DNA from: an uncultured Clostridia bacterium
GTDB taxonomy: Bacteria; Bacillota; Clostridia; Christensenellales; UBA1242
DNA length: 64,000 nucleotides
Assembly (NCBI GenBank): GCA_949841045.1
Contig: CATKXS010000004.1
Span: 8,807 to 72,806, forward strand
Direction: 5' to 3'
The position numbers and the translations under genes were made by a program. How positions within the stretch are numbered: the first letter of the stretch is position 1; each line of letters opens with the position of its first letter. This document shows positions 7,776 through 20,484 of this stretch, piece after piece. The notes beneath the pieces are model-generated. The model was not told the origin of the DNA. It ran no database searches and worked only from the letters and a program-made list of their open reading frames with translations.

Positions 7776-9032
7776 TTAACAGACTTCTTTTTTATCTTCA
7801 ACTTTCACAATAAGCTCTGGTTGACCATTATCAAGTTCAATAAATTGAGAAGTAACAACAATCTTTTCAATATTTTTTAAACTTGGAGCATCATACATAA
7901 GTTTTGTCATCTTTGATTCAATAATGGTTCTAAGCCCCCTCGCGCCCGTCTTAAGCTCCATAGCTTTCTTTGCAATGGAACGTATTGCGTCTTCGGTAAA
8001 CTCAATATTCATATTGTCAATTTTAAACATTAAATTGTATTGTTTAATAAGTGAATTCTTAGGCTCTTTCAAGATTTTAACCAAAGCGTCTTCATTGAGG
8101 TCATCAAGACCAACAACAACAGGAAGACGACCAATAAACTCTGGAATTAAACCAAATTTTATAAGGTCATTTGGCTGAATTTCTTTAACATAATTCGAGC
8201 CACCTTCTTCAACACTCTTTATGTTTGCATTAAAACCAAGCACTGTGTCATTTTTTCTGCTTTCAACAATTTTATCTAGTCCAACAAACGCACCGCCACA
8301 AATAAATAGTATATTAGTGGTATCTATTTGTATCATTTCTTGATGAGGATGCTTCCTTCCACCTTGTGGTGGCACTGAAGCAACTGTGCTTTCAAGGATT
8401 TTTAATAAAGCTTGTTGAACGCCCTCACCAGCAACGTCTCTTGTTATTGAAACATTTTGCGTCTTTTTAGCTATCTTATCTATTTCATCAATATAAATAA
8501 TTCCACGTTGCGCTTTTTCAATGTCATAATCGGCATTTTGAATAAGTTTTAAAAGAATATTTTCAACATCATCACCTACGTATCCTGCTTCAGTCAAAGT
8601 TGTAGCATCAGCTGTAGCAAAAGGTACTTTTAAAACTTTTGCAAGCGTTTTTGCTAAAAGTGTTTTTCCCGACCCGGTAGAGCCCACCATAAGAATATTA
8701 CTTTTTTCCAGCTCAACTTCATCAGCATTTTTCTGAATGTCTTTATCAAGATTATAATTTAACCTTTTATAATGATTGTATACGGCAACAGCTAGCACTC
8801 TTTTAGCTTCGTCCTGTCCAACAATATATTCATCAAGTTTTTCTTTAATTTCACTTGGTGTAGGCAACTCTATTTTCTCAAATTTTGTCTTTTTAACAAC
8901 ATCAACAACAATATCCTTACAGATTTCAATACATTCATCACATATAAATGCATCTCCATTAGGACTCGCTATCATTTTTTTAACATCACGCTGACCTTTT
9001 CCACAAAAGCTACATTTGCAATCATCGCTCAT
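7776..9032 (-). CDS. clpX: ATP-dependent Clp protease ATP-binding subunit ClpX
   Basis: N-terminal zinc finger CSFCGK...CDEC, Walker [17 protein letters not shown]. Confidence 0.97.
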   Translation of the reverse strand: MSDDCKCSFCGKGQRDVKKMIASPNGDAFICDECIEICKDIVVDVVKKTKFEKIELPTPSEIKEKLDEYIVGQDEAKRVLAVAVYNHYKRLNYNLDKDIQKNADEVELEKSNILMVGSTGSGKTLLAKTLAKVLKVPFATADATTLTEAGYVGDDVENILLKLIQNADYDIEKAQRGIIYIDEIDKIAKKTQNVSITRDVAGEGVQQALLKILESTVASVPPQGGRKHPHQEMIQIDTTNILFICGGAFVGLDKIVESRKNDTVLGFNANIKSVEEGGSNYVKEIQPNDLIKFGLIPEFIGRLPVVVGLDDLNEDALVKILKEPKNSLIKQYNLMFKIDNMNIEFTEDAIRSIAKKAMELKTGARGLRTIIESKMTKLMYDAPSLKNIEKIVVTSQFIELDNGQPELIVKVEDKKEVC

Positions 9033-9044
9033 AAAGACCTCCTA

Positions 9045-9635
9045 TTAAGCTTTTTTATCTCTTGATACGAAAATCTCATCAATAATTCCGTAATCTTTTG
9101 CCTCCTGTGCTGTCATATAGTTATCTCTATCAGTATCTTTTTCCACAATTTCAAGTGGCTTACCAGTATTTTGACTTAACATTTGATTCATACGTTCTTT
9201 TATATATTGTATATGATTTGCTTGGATTTGAATATCACTAACCTGACCTTGAGCACCGCCAAGAGGCTGATGAATCATTATTTCACTATTTGGCAACGCA
9301 AACCTTTTACCTTTTGTTCCACCAGCAAGCAGGAATGCTCCCATAGAAGCAGCTCTTCCCACACAAATAGTAGAAACATCACACCTAATATATTTCATAG
9401 TATCATAAATCGCAAGCCCAGCACTTACGCTTCCGCCAGGACTATTGATATAAATTGAAATATCTTTGTTAGGATTTTTTCCTTCAAGATAGATAAGCTG
9501 TGCAACAATAATATTTGCTATGTTATCATCTATTTCACCGTTCAAGAATATTATTCTGTCTTCAAGAAGTCTAGAATAAATATCATAAGACCTTTCGCTG
9601 TTTCCAGTTTGGTCCACAACCATAGGAATTAACAT
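9045..9635 (-). CDS. clpP: ATP-dependent Clp protease proteolytic subunit
   Basis: [11 protein letters not shown] and [11 protein letters not shown] (catalytic Ser), MIHQPLGG. Confidence 0.97.
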   Translation of the reverse strand: MLIPMVVDQTGNSERSYDIYSRLLEDRIIFLNGEIDDNIANIIVAQLIYLEGKNPNKDISIYINSPGGSVSAGLAIYDTMKYIRCDVSTICVGRAASMGAFLLAGGTKGKRFALPNSEIMIHQPLGGAQGQVSDIQIQANHIQYIKERMNQMLSQNTGKPLEIVEKDTDRDNYMTAQEAKDYGIIDEIFVSRDKKA

Positions 9636-9685
9636 ACAACCTCCATTTTATTTTTACCGACAACTTTAATTATATGCCATAATTG

Positions 9686-10966
9686 TTATTTTTTTTCATT
9701 CTTAGATTTGATAAAATTAAGGACTTTTGTCATAATTGCGTTGTTTTCAAAGAATGCATAGTCATTTGGAGACATTGCCTTTTTAAAATCTTCCACATTC
9801 ATTTGATATTTGCCCGCATGGTCAGCAATTGCTTTTTCAAGTTCATCGCTAGTAACCATCAACTTATTTTCAGAAATAAGTTTTTGAATAACAAGACGTG
9901 TTCTTATATTCTTTTCAGCATCAGCCTTTCTCTCATCTCTAAATTCGTCAACAGTTTTGCCGATATATCCAAGATAATCTGCAAGGTTCATACCTTGATG
10001 AGAAAGTCTATGTTCAAAATCCTGCATAATGCGATTTACTTCAAAATCAATCATTGAAGGAGTAAGTTCAATACCACTCTTATCTGCTACTGCATCAAGA
10101 AGAGCAACTTCATAATCTCTTTCTATTCTTTCCTCTGCAAGCTTCATGAGGTTTGCTTTTAAAGATTTTTTGTATTCCTCAACAGTCTCAAATTCTGTTG
10201 TATCAGAAACAAATTTATCATTTATCTCTGGTAAGATTTTCTTTTCAACTTTATTTAATGTAACTTTAAATACAGCTGGTTTTCCTTTAAGGTTTTCAGC
10301 ACCATAGTTTTCAGGGAAAGTAACATTTATATCTTTTTCTTCACCCTTTTTCATACCAACAACGCCCTCTTCAAAACCTTCAATGAAAGTATGAGAACCA
10401 AGCTCTAATCTGTAATCTTCAGCTTCTCCACCTTCAAATTTTTCGCCATCAATATAGCCAACAAAGTTGATTGTAGCAAAATCACCAAGTTCAGCTTTTT
10501 TGTCCTCTTCAACAAATCTAGCATGACTTAATCTAGAATTTTCAAGTTCTTTTTCAATATCTTTTTCTTCAACTTTAGCTTTTGCCTTTTTAACTCCAAG
10601 CAATTCAAGGTTTGGAAGTTTAAATTCAGGCATTAAGTCAAATTTGATTGTGGCTTCAAGTCCGCTTTCAACAGTGAATTTATCCATATCTACATGTGGT
10701 TGACCAGCTGGAACGATGCTTGTATTTTCGTCTAAGAATTTATTGTACTCGTTTGAAATAACTTCATCAAAAGCATCATCAAAAAATACTGTGTCTCCAT
10801 AATTTTGTTCAATAACTCTTCTTGGAGCCTTACCTTTTCTAAATCCTTGAATATTAAATCTGCCCTTATTCTTTTCATAAGCACGATTAGTAGCTTCTTC
10901 CCACTCTTCTTTAGAAATCTTAACTTTTAAAACTCCTTGTTTATCTTTTTTCTCAAATGTATACAT
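9686..10966 (-). CDS. tig: Trigger factor
   Basis: GFRKGKAP ribosome-binding signature and central FKBP domain. tig-clpP-clpX order. Confidence 0.95.
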   Translation of the reverse strand: MYTFEKKDKQGVLKVKISKEEWEEATNRAYEKNKGRFNIQGFRKGKAPRRVIEQNYGDTVFFDDAFDEVISNEYNKFLDENTSIVPAGQPHVDMDKFTVESGLEATIKFDLMPEFKLPNLELLGVKKAKAKVEEKDIEKELENSRLSHARFVEEDKKAELGDFATINFVGYIDGEKFEGGEAEDYRLELGSHTFIEGFEEGVVGMKKGEEKDINVTFPENYGAENLKGKPAVFKVTLNKVEKKILPEINDKFVSDTTEFETVEEYKKSLKANLMKLAEERIERDYEVALLDAVADKSGIELTPSMIDFEVNRIMQDFEHRLSHQGMNLADYLGYIGKTVDEFRDERKADAEKNIRTRLVIQKLISENKLMVTSDELEKAIADHAGKYQMNVEDFKKAMSPNDYAFFENNAIMTKVLNFIKSKNEKK

Positions 10967-11040
10967 TATATTTTATTCTCCTTTTATTTTTTTGCTATTT
11001 AATAATAGCATATTAAATCACTTTTAGCAAGCAATTTTAA

Positions 11041-11409
11041 TCATTTAAATACAATCACGGCTATAGCTACGAATATGGCAATGACAAACACTATTTTACA
11101 AATATCAATAAATTTATCAAGTCTCAGACTCTTCTTATATTTTTTTATATATAGCTCAATATTTCCCTCAAAATCTATAGTATCTATATTATAATCATTT
11201 ATTATTTCAGCCTTGTATTGCTTAAAATCTTCATCAAAATGCTTATAGTAATCTTCTATATAGTAGTATGTTAAGAGTACTACCCACAATATACAGAGTA
11301 TTCCAAGAAAAGCCAGTGAAAAATATATAAAGCCTGACCATACAGACTTTATACACGCAAATAATATAATTAAGGCGATAAGCACCCCTGAAGCAATCCA
11401 CTTTTTCAT
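11041..11409 (-). CDS. Small membrane protein, unknown function
   Basis: Three hydrophobic segments and no known motif. Confidence 0.5.
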   Translation of the reverse strand: MKKWIASGVLIALIILFACIKSVWSGFIYFSLAFLGILCILWVVLLTYYYIEDYYKHFDEDFKQYKAEIINDYNIDTIDFEGNIELYIKKYKKSLRLDKFIDICKIVFVIAIFVAIAVIVFK

Positions 11410-11419
11410 ATAATTTCTT

Positions 11420-11731
11420 TTAAATATTTAAAATAAATAGTACAACTATCGTCACTACAAAGACTACATAACAAATTATCCATGCAATATGACGATGTTC
11501 TTTAACCCAATAAAAAGCTAATACAATTGATATTACATATGCAATAACTTGCCCTACCAAGCTGAAAGCTCTTGAAAGATTTGTATCACCCTTTAAAACA
11601 AGAGTCAATAAAAGTGCAAGTGCGATACAACCTATTCCTATATAAGCCACAAATGCCAATAAAGAGTTAAATCCATTTGATAACTTTTTTTGAGATTTCT
11701 TATCTTTTTTCTTTTCTTCAACTATTTCCAT
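11420..11731 (-). CDS. Small membrane protein, unknown function
   Basis: Lys-rich N-terminus followed by three TM segments. Confidence 0.5.
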   Translation of the reverse strand: MEIVEEKKKDKKSQKKLSNGFNSLLAFVAYIGIGCIALALLLTLVLKGDTNLSRAFSLVGQVIAYVISIVLAFYWVKEHRHIAWIICYVVFVVTIVVLFILNI

Positions 11732-11739
11732 TACAGCTC

Positions 11740-13591
<1,852 letters not shown>

Positions 13592-13595
<4 letters not shown>

Positions 13596-14014
13596 TATTT
13601 CTTTATTCTTCTAGTATGTCGACCACCTTCAAAATCTGTAGTTAAAAACACTTTAATAATTTTAATTGCTTTTCTAGCCGAAATAAACCTTCCTGACAGA
13701 CAAAGCACATTGGCATCATTATGCCTTCGAGCGAGCGAAGCAAATCTTTCGTTGTGACAAAGAGCTGCCCTTATCTTAGGGTTACGATTAGCAACAATGC
13801 TCATTCCAATTCCAGTACCACAAATATAAATACCGACATTTCTAGGGTCTTCAACAACCTTTACATTCCCTGCTTTTGCAAAGTCTGGATAATCATCAAG
13901 TTGCTCTTTAGAATAACAGCCCACATCAATTGCAATAATATTTTCTCTGTTAAAAAATTTCTTTATTTCCTCTTTCAAAGGATAACCTGCATGGTCGCTT
14001 GCTAAAATTATCAT
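13592..14014 (-). CDS. rpiB: Ribose-5-phosphate isomerase B
   Basis: ASDHAGYPLKEEI and CGTGIGMSIVANR. The ATG at 14014 (SD GGAGAG; ATGA overlap with the upstream stop) is preferred to 14026. Confidence 0.9.
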
Positions 14015-14439
14015 AATTCTCTCCATGAAATTATTTTTTGTAATAAAATCTTATTTGCGCTTTGAATTTCTTTTGCAGTTTTTAAATAAATCTCCTCATC
14101 TCCGCCATAAGGGTCAATAATGTCATTACCTATTAGGTCTTTCATTGTAATAATCTTACTTGAACTCACTCGTGATTTCATGTTTTCACTCATAACCACA
14201 TACAAAGTGTCTTTATCTGTTTTTTTAAGCTTAACAGACTTCCTGTTGGATGCCGAAGCTTTAAGTTTTTTTAAAACAACCTTTGCCATATCAGAGATAT
14301 TGTCACCCTTTGCCATTAGCCCACGAGAAGAGACTTTTACATCTTCAATTTTATTATCTTTTAGAAGCTTCTTCATTAGTCTTTCAGCCATGATTGAACG
14401 ACAGGTGTTTCCTGTACAGACAAAACAAATTTTTATCAT
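14011..14439 (-). CDS. Low-molecular-weight phosphatase (YwlE-like protein arginine/tyrosine phosphatase)
   Basis: CX5R(S) loop FVCTGNTCRS. Sits next to rpiB, as ywlE-ywlF does in Bacillus. Confidence 0.8.
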   Translation of the reverse strand: MIKICFVCTGNTCRSIMAERLMKKLLKDNKIEDVKVSSRGLMAKGDNISDMAKVVLKKLKASASNRKSVKLKKTDKDTLYVVMSENMKSRVSSSKIITMKDLIGNDIIDPYGGDEEIYLKTAKEIQSANKILLQKIISWREL

Positions 14440-14463
14440 AATGTCTCCTAAACTAAAACAACA

Positions 14464-14781
14464 TTAAAAAGTCATTTTCTTAGATTGCCAAAGCTTATCA
14501 AGATTATATTTTTCTCTAGAAGCTGACACAAACAAATGGAGAATAATCTTATCAAAATCAAACACAATCCATTCTCCTTTATTATAACCTTCAGGATAAA
14601 TTTCAATCCCCAAATCTTGCATAATAATATTTGCAATTTTTTTGTTATTTAAAACTGATGAAGTTGTCGCCACAATAGCATAATCAAATGTTAAATCTTC
14701 TTTTGATAAATTATATACAACCACATCTTTATACTTTTTTTCAACTAAATAGTCATAAAGTTCTTTTAAATGTTCTACCAC
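14464..14781 (-). CDS. rsfS: Ribosome silencing factor RsfS
   Basis: Size and pattern DYAIVATTSS...GEWIVFDFDKIILHLF...REKYNLDKLW. Confidence 0.85.
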   Translation of the reverse strand: MVEHLKELYDYLVEKKYKDVVVYNLSKEDLTFDYAIVATTSSVLNNKKIANIIMQDLGIEIYPEGYNKGEWIVFDFDKIILHLFVSASREKYNLDKLWQSKKMTF

Positions 14782-14870
14782 GTTACCTCTCTTTTATAAT
14801 AGTATAAATATATTTATTTTAATTGTCAAATGAATGTCTAAATATTTTTATTTTGTTAATAATCGTAAAT

Positions 14871-15677
14871 ATGAAAAAGATACTTTTTGTTTTGCAAGAA
14901 ATTTTAAAATTTGGTTTAATTTTTTTATTAAGCTTTATTTGGCTTAGATATTTTATCCGCCTGCTATGGCTTTGTATTTTGCTGGCTACAACAATCACAA
15001 TTATTATTACTACAATTGTTTACTTTTTATCTAAAAGATATAGCTCTCAAAAAGCATTAAAATTGTCTGAAAAAGAGGACGCAGACAACATGTTTTTGTC
15101 TTTAATCACAGACCAAAATTCTCTTGATTTCTTTCATAATCTCGCAAAGAGTAGGCATTCCAACTCAGAAAAGAAAGACGATTATATTGTCATTACTCAT
15201 AAAGACAAAACAAAAGTTATCCTGTATCCCCATCTATCACTTGACAGTCTAACTCCAAACCAACTTATAACTATTTACAATAAACTCAAATTTGAAAAAG
15301 CAAATAAAGTGGTGTTGACATGTTTTAACTACGATAAAACCACCTTACTTTTTGCCAAAAATTTTGAAATAGATATAGTTTTATTAAACTGCTATGAGAC
15401 TTACGCAAGACTATACAAAGAATATGATTATTACCCAGAAATAACAATCAAGTATAAAAAAGAAGCAGGACTCACCTTTAAAGCCCTCCTTGCCTATTCT
15501 TTTAATAAGTCAAGAACAAAAGGCTATGTCCTGTCTTCAATAATTTTATTTATAATGTCTTTCTTTGTAAGAATAAATATTTATTATCTTGTTGTCGCAT
15601 CCCTATTACTTATTTTCGCCTTAATTTCTTATATCAACCCAAAATACAACTCAAAGAGCGGTGGCAATATAATCTAA
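14871..15677 (+). CDS. Membrane protein of unknown function
   Basis: ATG at 14871 (MKKILF) is preferred to the TTG at 14823. TM helices flank a soluble core. The core loosely resembles a restriction-endonuclease-like fold, which I cannot support by eye. Confidence 0.5.
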   Translation: MKKILFVLQEILKFGLIFLLSFIWLRYFIRLLWLCILLATTITIIITTIVYFLSKRYSSQKALKLSEKEDADNMFLSLITDQNSLDFFHNLAKSRHSNSEKKDDYIVITHKDKTKVILYPHLSLDSLTPNQLITIYNKLKFEKANKVVLTCFNYDKTTLLFAKNFEIDIVLLNCYETYARLYKEYDYYPEITIKYKKEAGLTFKALLAYSFNKSRTKGYVLSSIILFIMSFFVRINIYYLVVASLLLIFALISYINPKYNSKSGGNII

Positions 15678-15691
15678 ATTAAACAAGTTAA

Positions 15692-15988
15692 TTAAATAAG
15701 TTCGATATGCTTAATATCTTTCTTAGAAGACTTACGATAAATGACAATCATTCTTCCAATCACTTGAACAGGGTCAGCCCCTGTTTTTTGACATATTTCT
15801 TGCATAAGTTCTTTAGTGGTTTTATCACAATTATTTAAAGCCTTAATCTTAATAAGCTCTCTCGCTTCTAAAAGCCCGTCAATAGCTTCATAAGAATTCT
15901 CAGAAAGCCCTTCTTTTCCTATTTGCATAACAGGTTCTAAAGCATTTCCAAGCCCTCTCAAAAAAGCACGTTGTTTAGTTGTTGTCAT
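15692..15988 (-). CDS. yhbY: YhbY-family (CRM domain) RNA-binding protein
   Basis: [27 protein letters not shown] pattern. Confidence 0.85.
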   Translation of the reverse strand: MTTTKQRAFLRGLGNALEPVMQIGKEGLSENSYEAIDGLLEARELIKIKALNNCDKTTKELMQEICQKTGADPVQVIGRMIVIYRKSSKKDIKHIELI

Positions 15989-16000
15989 TTTCTTCCCCTT

Positions 16001-17269
16001 TTACTCAGAATACTCAAATACAGCATCCTTAATTTTTATTGTATCACCATTTTTTAGGCCTCTTTCTTTAAGCATAGCAATAACGCCCATTTTTTCAAGA
16101 CTTTTTTGGAAATATGCAAAAGAACGAGTATCTGAAAGCACGATTCCGCGCGCGAACTCATCAATTCGTCCACCGCTAACAATAAACGCACCTTCATCAT
16201 CTCTAGTAATAATAATAGAAGATTTATCTTTAACGTCAAAATTAAATTCTTCTATCTCAAGTGGTGGTTTTTTTGGCAATTTGCTTAAAAGTTCAATGGT
16301 TTTTAGTTTTATATCTTCAACGCCTCTATAAGTCGCTCCAGATAAAAGTATATAACTTTCACCTATCTCGTTTTCAAAACGTCTTACTCTCTCTTTTAAA
16401 GTCTCTTCATCAAGAAGGTCAATCTTACTTAAAATTATAAGTTGTGGCGTTTTTAACAGCTCTTGACTATATCCTGCCAGCTCTTTATTTATGATTTTAT
16501 AATCTTCTATAAAATCTCTACCATCACTTTCTGAAATATCAACTAGATGAAGTAAGAGTCTTACTCTTTCAATGTGTTTTAAGAAATAATGACCTAAGCC
16601 TTGACCTTCACTTGCACCTTCAATAAGACCTGGAATGTCGGCCGCTACAAATGTTTGTCCTTTCACCTCACAAAACCCAAGATTAGGATAAAGCGTAGTA
16701 AAAGGATAATTTGCAATCTTTGGATTCGCATTCGAAATACAAGAAAGAAGTGTCGATTTGCCTGCATTTGGATAACCAATTAAGCCAACATCAGCAATCG
16801 TTTTAAGTTCAAGAATAACCTCACGTGACTTTGTTTCTTCTCCTGACTGTGAAAAGTGAGGAGCCTGCTTGATTGATGATTTATAGTAAGCGTTTCCATG
16901 TCCGCCTTCACCACCTTTCAAAGCTACAAATCTCATTTCATCTTCAAATAAATCAGCAATGATTTTATTAGTTTTACTGTCTATCAACACCGTACCGCAA
17001 GGGACTTTAATAATAACATCTTTACCTTTTGCGCCAGTTTTTAATCTTTGACCACCATTTCCACCATTCTCAGCGAAAAACTTCTTATGAAATCTAAAGT
17101 CATAAAGAGTATTAAGATTTTTAGTTGCAACAAAGATTATATCTCCGCCTTTTCCACCTTCACCGCCGTCTGGCCCACCATTAGCAGTTTGTGCTGTATG
17201 CAAAAAAGAGGAAGAACCATTTCCACCATTTCCCGCTTTAATAGTAATTTTTGTTCTATCTAAAAACAT
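16001..17269 (-). CDS. obg: GTPase Obg
   Basis: Gly-rich Obg fold (GGNGGNG, GGEGGKGG), G1 GYPNAGKST, DIPGLIEGA, C-terminal OCT domain. Confidence 0.95.
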   Translation of the reverse strand: MFLDRTKITIKAGNGGNGSSSFLHTAQTANGGPDGGEGGKGGDIIFVATKNLNTLYDFRFHKKFFAENGGNGGQRLKTGAKGKDVIIKVPCGTVLIDSKTNKIIADLFEDEMRFVALKGGEGGHGNAYYKSSIKQAPHFSQSGEETKSREVILELKTIADVGLIGYPNAGKSTLLSCISNANPKIANYPFTTLYPNLGFCEVKGQTFVAADIPGLIEGASEGQGLGHYFLKHIERVRLLLHLVDISESDGRDFIEDYKIINKELAGYSQELLKTPQLIILSKIDLLDEETLKERVRRFENEIGESYILLSGATYRGVEDIKLKTIELLSKLPKKPPLEIEEFNFDVKDKSSIIITRDDEGAFIVSGGRIDEFARGIVLSDTRSFAYFQKSLEKMGVIAMLKERGLKNGDTIKIKDAVFEYSE

Positions 17270-17341
17270 ACTGTCTCCTCTTTTTACAATTTAAAATACA
17301 TATATAGTATTATGTATTACGTACAAAATACAAGATATTGT

Positions 17342-17950
17342 TTATCGGGTGCATTCTGGTTTAAATGGACAGTTTTCACATTCAGGCTTTTGAGCCTTGC
17401 ATACATAACGTCCAAACAGCACCATTTGCAAATGCAACCTTCCCCAATCACTTTTATTAAAAGTTGACATAAGAGTCTTTTCACATTCTAAAACATTATC
17501 TGTTTTTACAAGCCCTAACCTATTTGAGACCCTTAGCACATGAGTATCGACTGCAATTGCGTCACCCTTAAAAGCTTCAGAATATACCACATTTGCGGTT
17601 TTACGCCCTACACCAGCAAGAGTTTGAAGAGCCTCTAAATCATTTGGAACTTGTCCATTAAAGTTTTCCAGAAGACTCCTACTCATAGCCAAAATATTTT
17701 TTGCCTTATTACGATAAAATCCGCATGAATGAATTTTCTCTTCAAGTTCTTCTTGTGATAAAGTAATCATTTTTTCAGGTGTATCATACTCCTTGAACAA
17801 CTCTCTTGTCACCTGACATACCCTCTTATCCGTGCATTGCGCCGATAAGATTACGGAGACAAGAAGTTCATAAGGAGTTTTATATTCTAGTTCACATTTA
17901 GGTTCAGGAAAATATTTGTTGAGATTTTCAACTATTTGCTCTGATTTCAT
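17342..17950 (-). CDS. nth: Endonuclease III
   Basis: HhH-GPD LAGVGRKTANVV and the C-terminal 4Fe-4S cluster CX6CX2CX5C. Confidence 0.9.
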   Translation of the reverse strand: MKSEQIVENLNKYFPEPKCELEYKTPYELLVSVILSAQCTDKRVCQVTRELFKEYDTPEKMITLSQEELEEKIHSCGFYRNKAKNILAMSRSLLENFNGQVPNDLEALQTLAGVGRKTANVVYSEAFKGDAIAVDTHVLRVSNRLGLVKTDNVLECEKTLMSTFNKSDWGRLHLQMVLFGRYVCKAQKPECENCPFKPECTR

Positions 17951-17952
17951 TT

Positions 17953-19413
17953 TTACCTCATAAGTGGGAATAAAACTGTATCTCTAATATTTGGAAGGTC
18001 AAAGATAAACATAAGGAATCTGTCAATTCCAAAGCCCAAACCAGAAATTGGTGGCATTCCATGCTCCATAGCAAGCAAGAAATCTTCATCAACGTCCATA
18101 GTCTCATCATCACCCTGAGCCTTTTCTTCCAATTGTTTTTCAAGAAGTTCTCTTTGAAGCATAGGGTCAACAAGTTCTGAGTAAGCTTTACAAATCTCTT
18201 GACCTCCCGCCACGACTTGGAATGCATCAATAACACGGACATCTTTGTCATTGCGTCTTGCAAGCGGCATAAGGTCTGCTGGATAATTGTAAATAATTGT
18301 TGGATTTACTATATCCATTCTAATTTTTCTCTTATAAATATAATCAATAAGAGTTCTTATAGATTTGCATTCTTCAAGGTCTTTATCACTAAATACACCC
18401 TTTGCTACAATCTTCTTTTTAAACTCACCCAAATCAGTCTCAGCAAGGAAATCAAAGTCTAAAATCTCACGCATTTTGCCGATATAATCAATTCTTGGCC
18501 ATTCACTATCAAATTCAATCTCTTGTTCTTTATAAGTTATTTTTGTTGTTCCAAGACAACTACTTAAAAGTTTGATAATGAAATCATGGAAAAATTTAAT
18601 ATTGTCTTCATAATTCCAATAAGATGCATACCATTCAACTTGAGTAAACTCTTGTAAATGAACTGTATCCATACCTTCATTTCTAAAGTCTTTTCCATAC
18701 TCAAACACTCTATCAAAGCCCGCACAAATACATTGTTTAAGCCAAGTCTCTGTGGCAATTCTTATATCGCAATCAAGGTCAAGCGCGTTATGATGTGTAA
18801 AGAATGGCTTTGCACTCGCTCCAGACACGCTTGTTTGAATGATAGGAGTCTCTACCTCAATAAAGCCGTTATCTTCAAGGTGTCTGCGAAGGAAAGACAC
18901 CATCTTGCTTCTTGTTAAAAATACATTACGCGAATTTTCATTTGTGATAAGGTCAAGGTAACGCTGTCTATAAATAGTCTCAGTATCGCTGAGTCCATGA
19001 AATTTTTCTGGTAAAGGTCTAAGAGTCTTAGAAAGTAGCGTCAACTTTTCAGCTTTAACAGTAACTTCGCCTGTTTGAGTTAAATACACTTCACCCTCTA
19101 CACCAACAAAATCGGCAATGTCAATCATTTTCTTATAAAAGTCATAAGCCACTTCGTCAAGTTCATTTCTACCAACAGATACTTGAATTTTGGCGTTAAT
19201 ATCACGGATTTGCAAAAAGCCAAATTTTCCCATAACTCTTTTAAAGATTATTCTTCCCGCAACTTTAACATGCTCTCCAACTTTTTCACGAGCCTCTGCA
19301 ATTGTGCAAGTTCTAACAAATTTGTCTTTATAAGGAATTTCACCCATTTCTAATAAATCATTAATTTTCTTTTTTCTAATATCAACTTCGTTTGATAATA
19401 CTTGTTCTGCCAT
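17953..19413 (-). CDS. lysS: Lysine--tRNA ligase (class II)
   Basis: OB fold plus class II core (FRNEGMDTVHLQEFT, GLGFGIDRFLM). SD-preceded ATG at 19413 (MAEQVLS). Confidence 0.95.
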   Translation of the reverse strand: MAEQVLSNEVDIRKKKINDLLEMGEIPYKDKFVRTCTIAEAREKVGEHVKVAGRIIFKRVMGKFGFLQIRDINAKIQVSVGRNELDEVAYDFYKKMIDIADFVGVEGEVYLTQTGEVTVKAEKLTLLSKTLRPLPEKFHGLSDTETIYRQRYLDLITNENSRNVFLTRSKMVSFLRRHLEDNGFIEVETPIIQTSVSGASAKPFFTHHNALDLDCDIRIATETWLKQCICAGFDRVFEYGKDFRNEGMDTVHLQEFTQVEWYASYWNYEDNIKFFHDFIIKLLSSCLGTTKITYKEQEIEFDSEWPRIDYIGKMREILDFDFLAETDLGEFKKKIVAKGVFSDKDLEECKSIRTLIDYIYKRKIRMDIVNPTIIYNYPADLMPLARRNDKDVRVIDAFQVVAGGQEICKAYSELVDPMLQRELLEKQLEEKAQGDDETMDVDEDFLLAMEHGMPPISGLGFGIDRFLMFIFDLPNIRDTVLFPLMR

Positions 19414-19480
19414 TATTTTCTCCTTTGAATTAAAGGTATCATAAATCGCAAAATAAGTCAATTAATTATATTTATTTTTA

Positions 19481-19572
19481 TTTGTAATTACTATAATTTG
19501 TATTTACTCTAGCTTATATATACTTCTATTTGTATATACTCTTGCTTATACATACTTTTATTTGTATTTATT
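19481..19572. repeat. 32-bp tandem repeat (about 2.5 units) spanning the slt-like stop codon and the lysS upstream region
   Basis: tttgtatttactctagcttatatatacttcta (19497..19528) and tttgtatatactcttgcttatacatactttta (19529..19560) match at 28/32. Partial units flank them. Confidence 0.7.
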
Positions 19573-20097
19573 TTTATAATATTTATAATTTTTAAGTACT
19601 CTAGAAAGATAATTTTTTGTTTCTTTAAAAGGTATCTTATTTAAAGTTTTACCGTCCGCAGAATATTCCTTATTTTTAAGCCATGCAGATACATTGCCTT
19701 GACCGGCATTATAAGCACAAATTCCAAGCTTTTCATCACCAAAATAGTTTATCAAATAGGACAAATAATAACTTCCAAGCTTTAAGTTATATTTAGCCTC
19801 TGTCAGCCTTTCTTCATCAAACTCTTCTCGAAGCTGAGAAGCCACCCATTCTGCTGTTGACGGCATAAGTTGCATTATTCCCACAGCCCCTTTATTTGAT
19901 TTGGCTCCCACTCTAAAATTACTTTCAACATTTGCAACTGAGGCAACTATAGCACCGTCTATGTTATAGGCCAAAGAATATTCTTTTATTTCATTACTAT
20001 ATTTCATAGGATAATTAAAAGCATAAAAACAGCCTATACAAAAAGACAGCACTACTGCGCACAAAACTAAACTTAAAATAGCAAACAATGATTTCAT
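19558..20097 (-). CDS. Lytic transglycosylase (SLT domain), membrane-anchored
   Basis: ESNF...GAVGIMQLMPSTAEW motif and an N-terminal TM helix. Confidence 0.8.
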   Translation of the reverse strand: MKSLFAILSLVLCAVVLSFCIGCFYAFNYPMKYSNEIKEYSLAYNIDGAIVASVANVESNFRVGAKSNKGAVGIMQLMPSTAEWVASQLREEFDEERLTEAKYNLKLGSYYLSYLINYFGDEKLGICAYNAGQGNVSAWLKNKEYSADGKTLNKIPFKETKNYLSRVLKNYKYYKNKYK

Positions 20098-20154
20098 ATA
20101 TTTATTTTATTAAAAACCAAAAGAATAATACGTGTATTCGACATTTTTCTCAAC

Positions 20155-20415
20155 TCATTTTAGCTTTATATAAGTATTTCTTCCTCCATTTACTATAACC
20201 CTATAAAATCCTCCAAAAGACCTAAAAGGACGAGATGCAATACACTTTTTAACAGCGCCCAATATACGTTCATCAAAGCGCAGTGATATTCCACAAGAAA
20301 GACCTGCATCTTTAGGAGTATTAATCACCATTACACGAAAACCTGCCGCAATCAGCATGTTAGCAAGATATAAAGTTTCATTCCTAGAACGAAACACGGC
20401 TAAGCAGAAATTCAT
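20155..20415 (-). CDS. DUF3343-like small protein (putative S/Se carrier)
   Basis: Pattern AVFRSRNETLYLANML...GFRVMVINTPKDAGLSCGISLRFDE. Confidence 0.65.
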   Translation of the reverse strand: MNFCLAVFRSRNETLYLANMLIAAGFRVMVINTPKDAGLSCGISLRFDERILGAVKKCIASRPFRSFGGFYRVIVNGGRNTYIKLK

Positions 20416-20484
20416 AACACCTCCATTTCTTGCACAAATTTCCCTCTTTTACACTATATTGTAAATATAAAGGAAAGTTTACCA

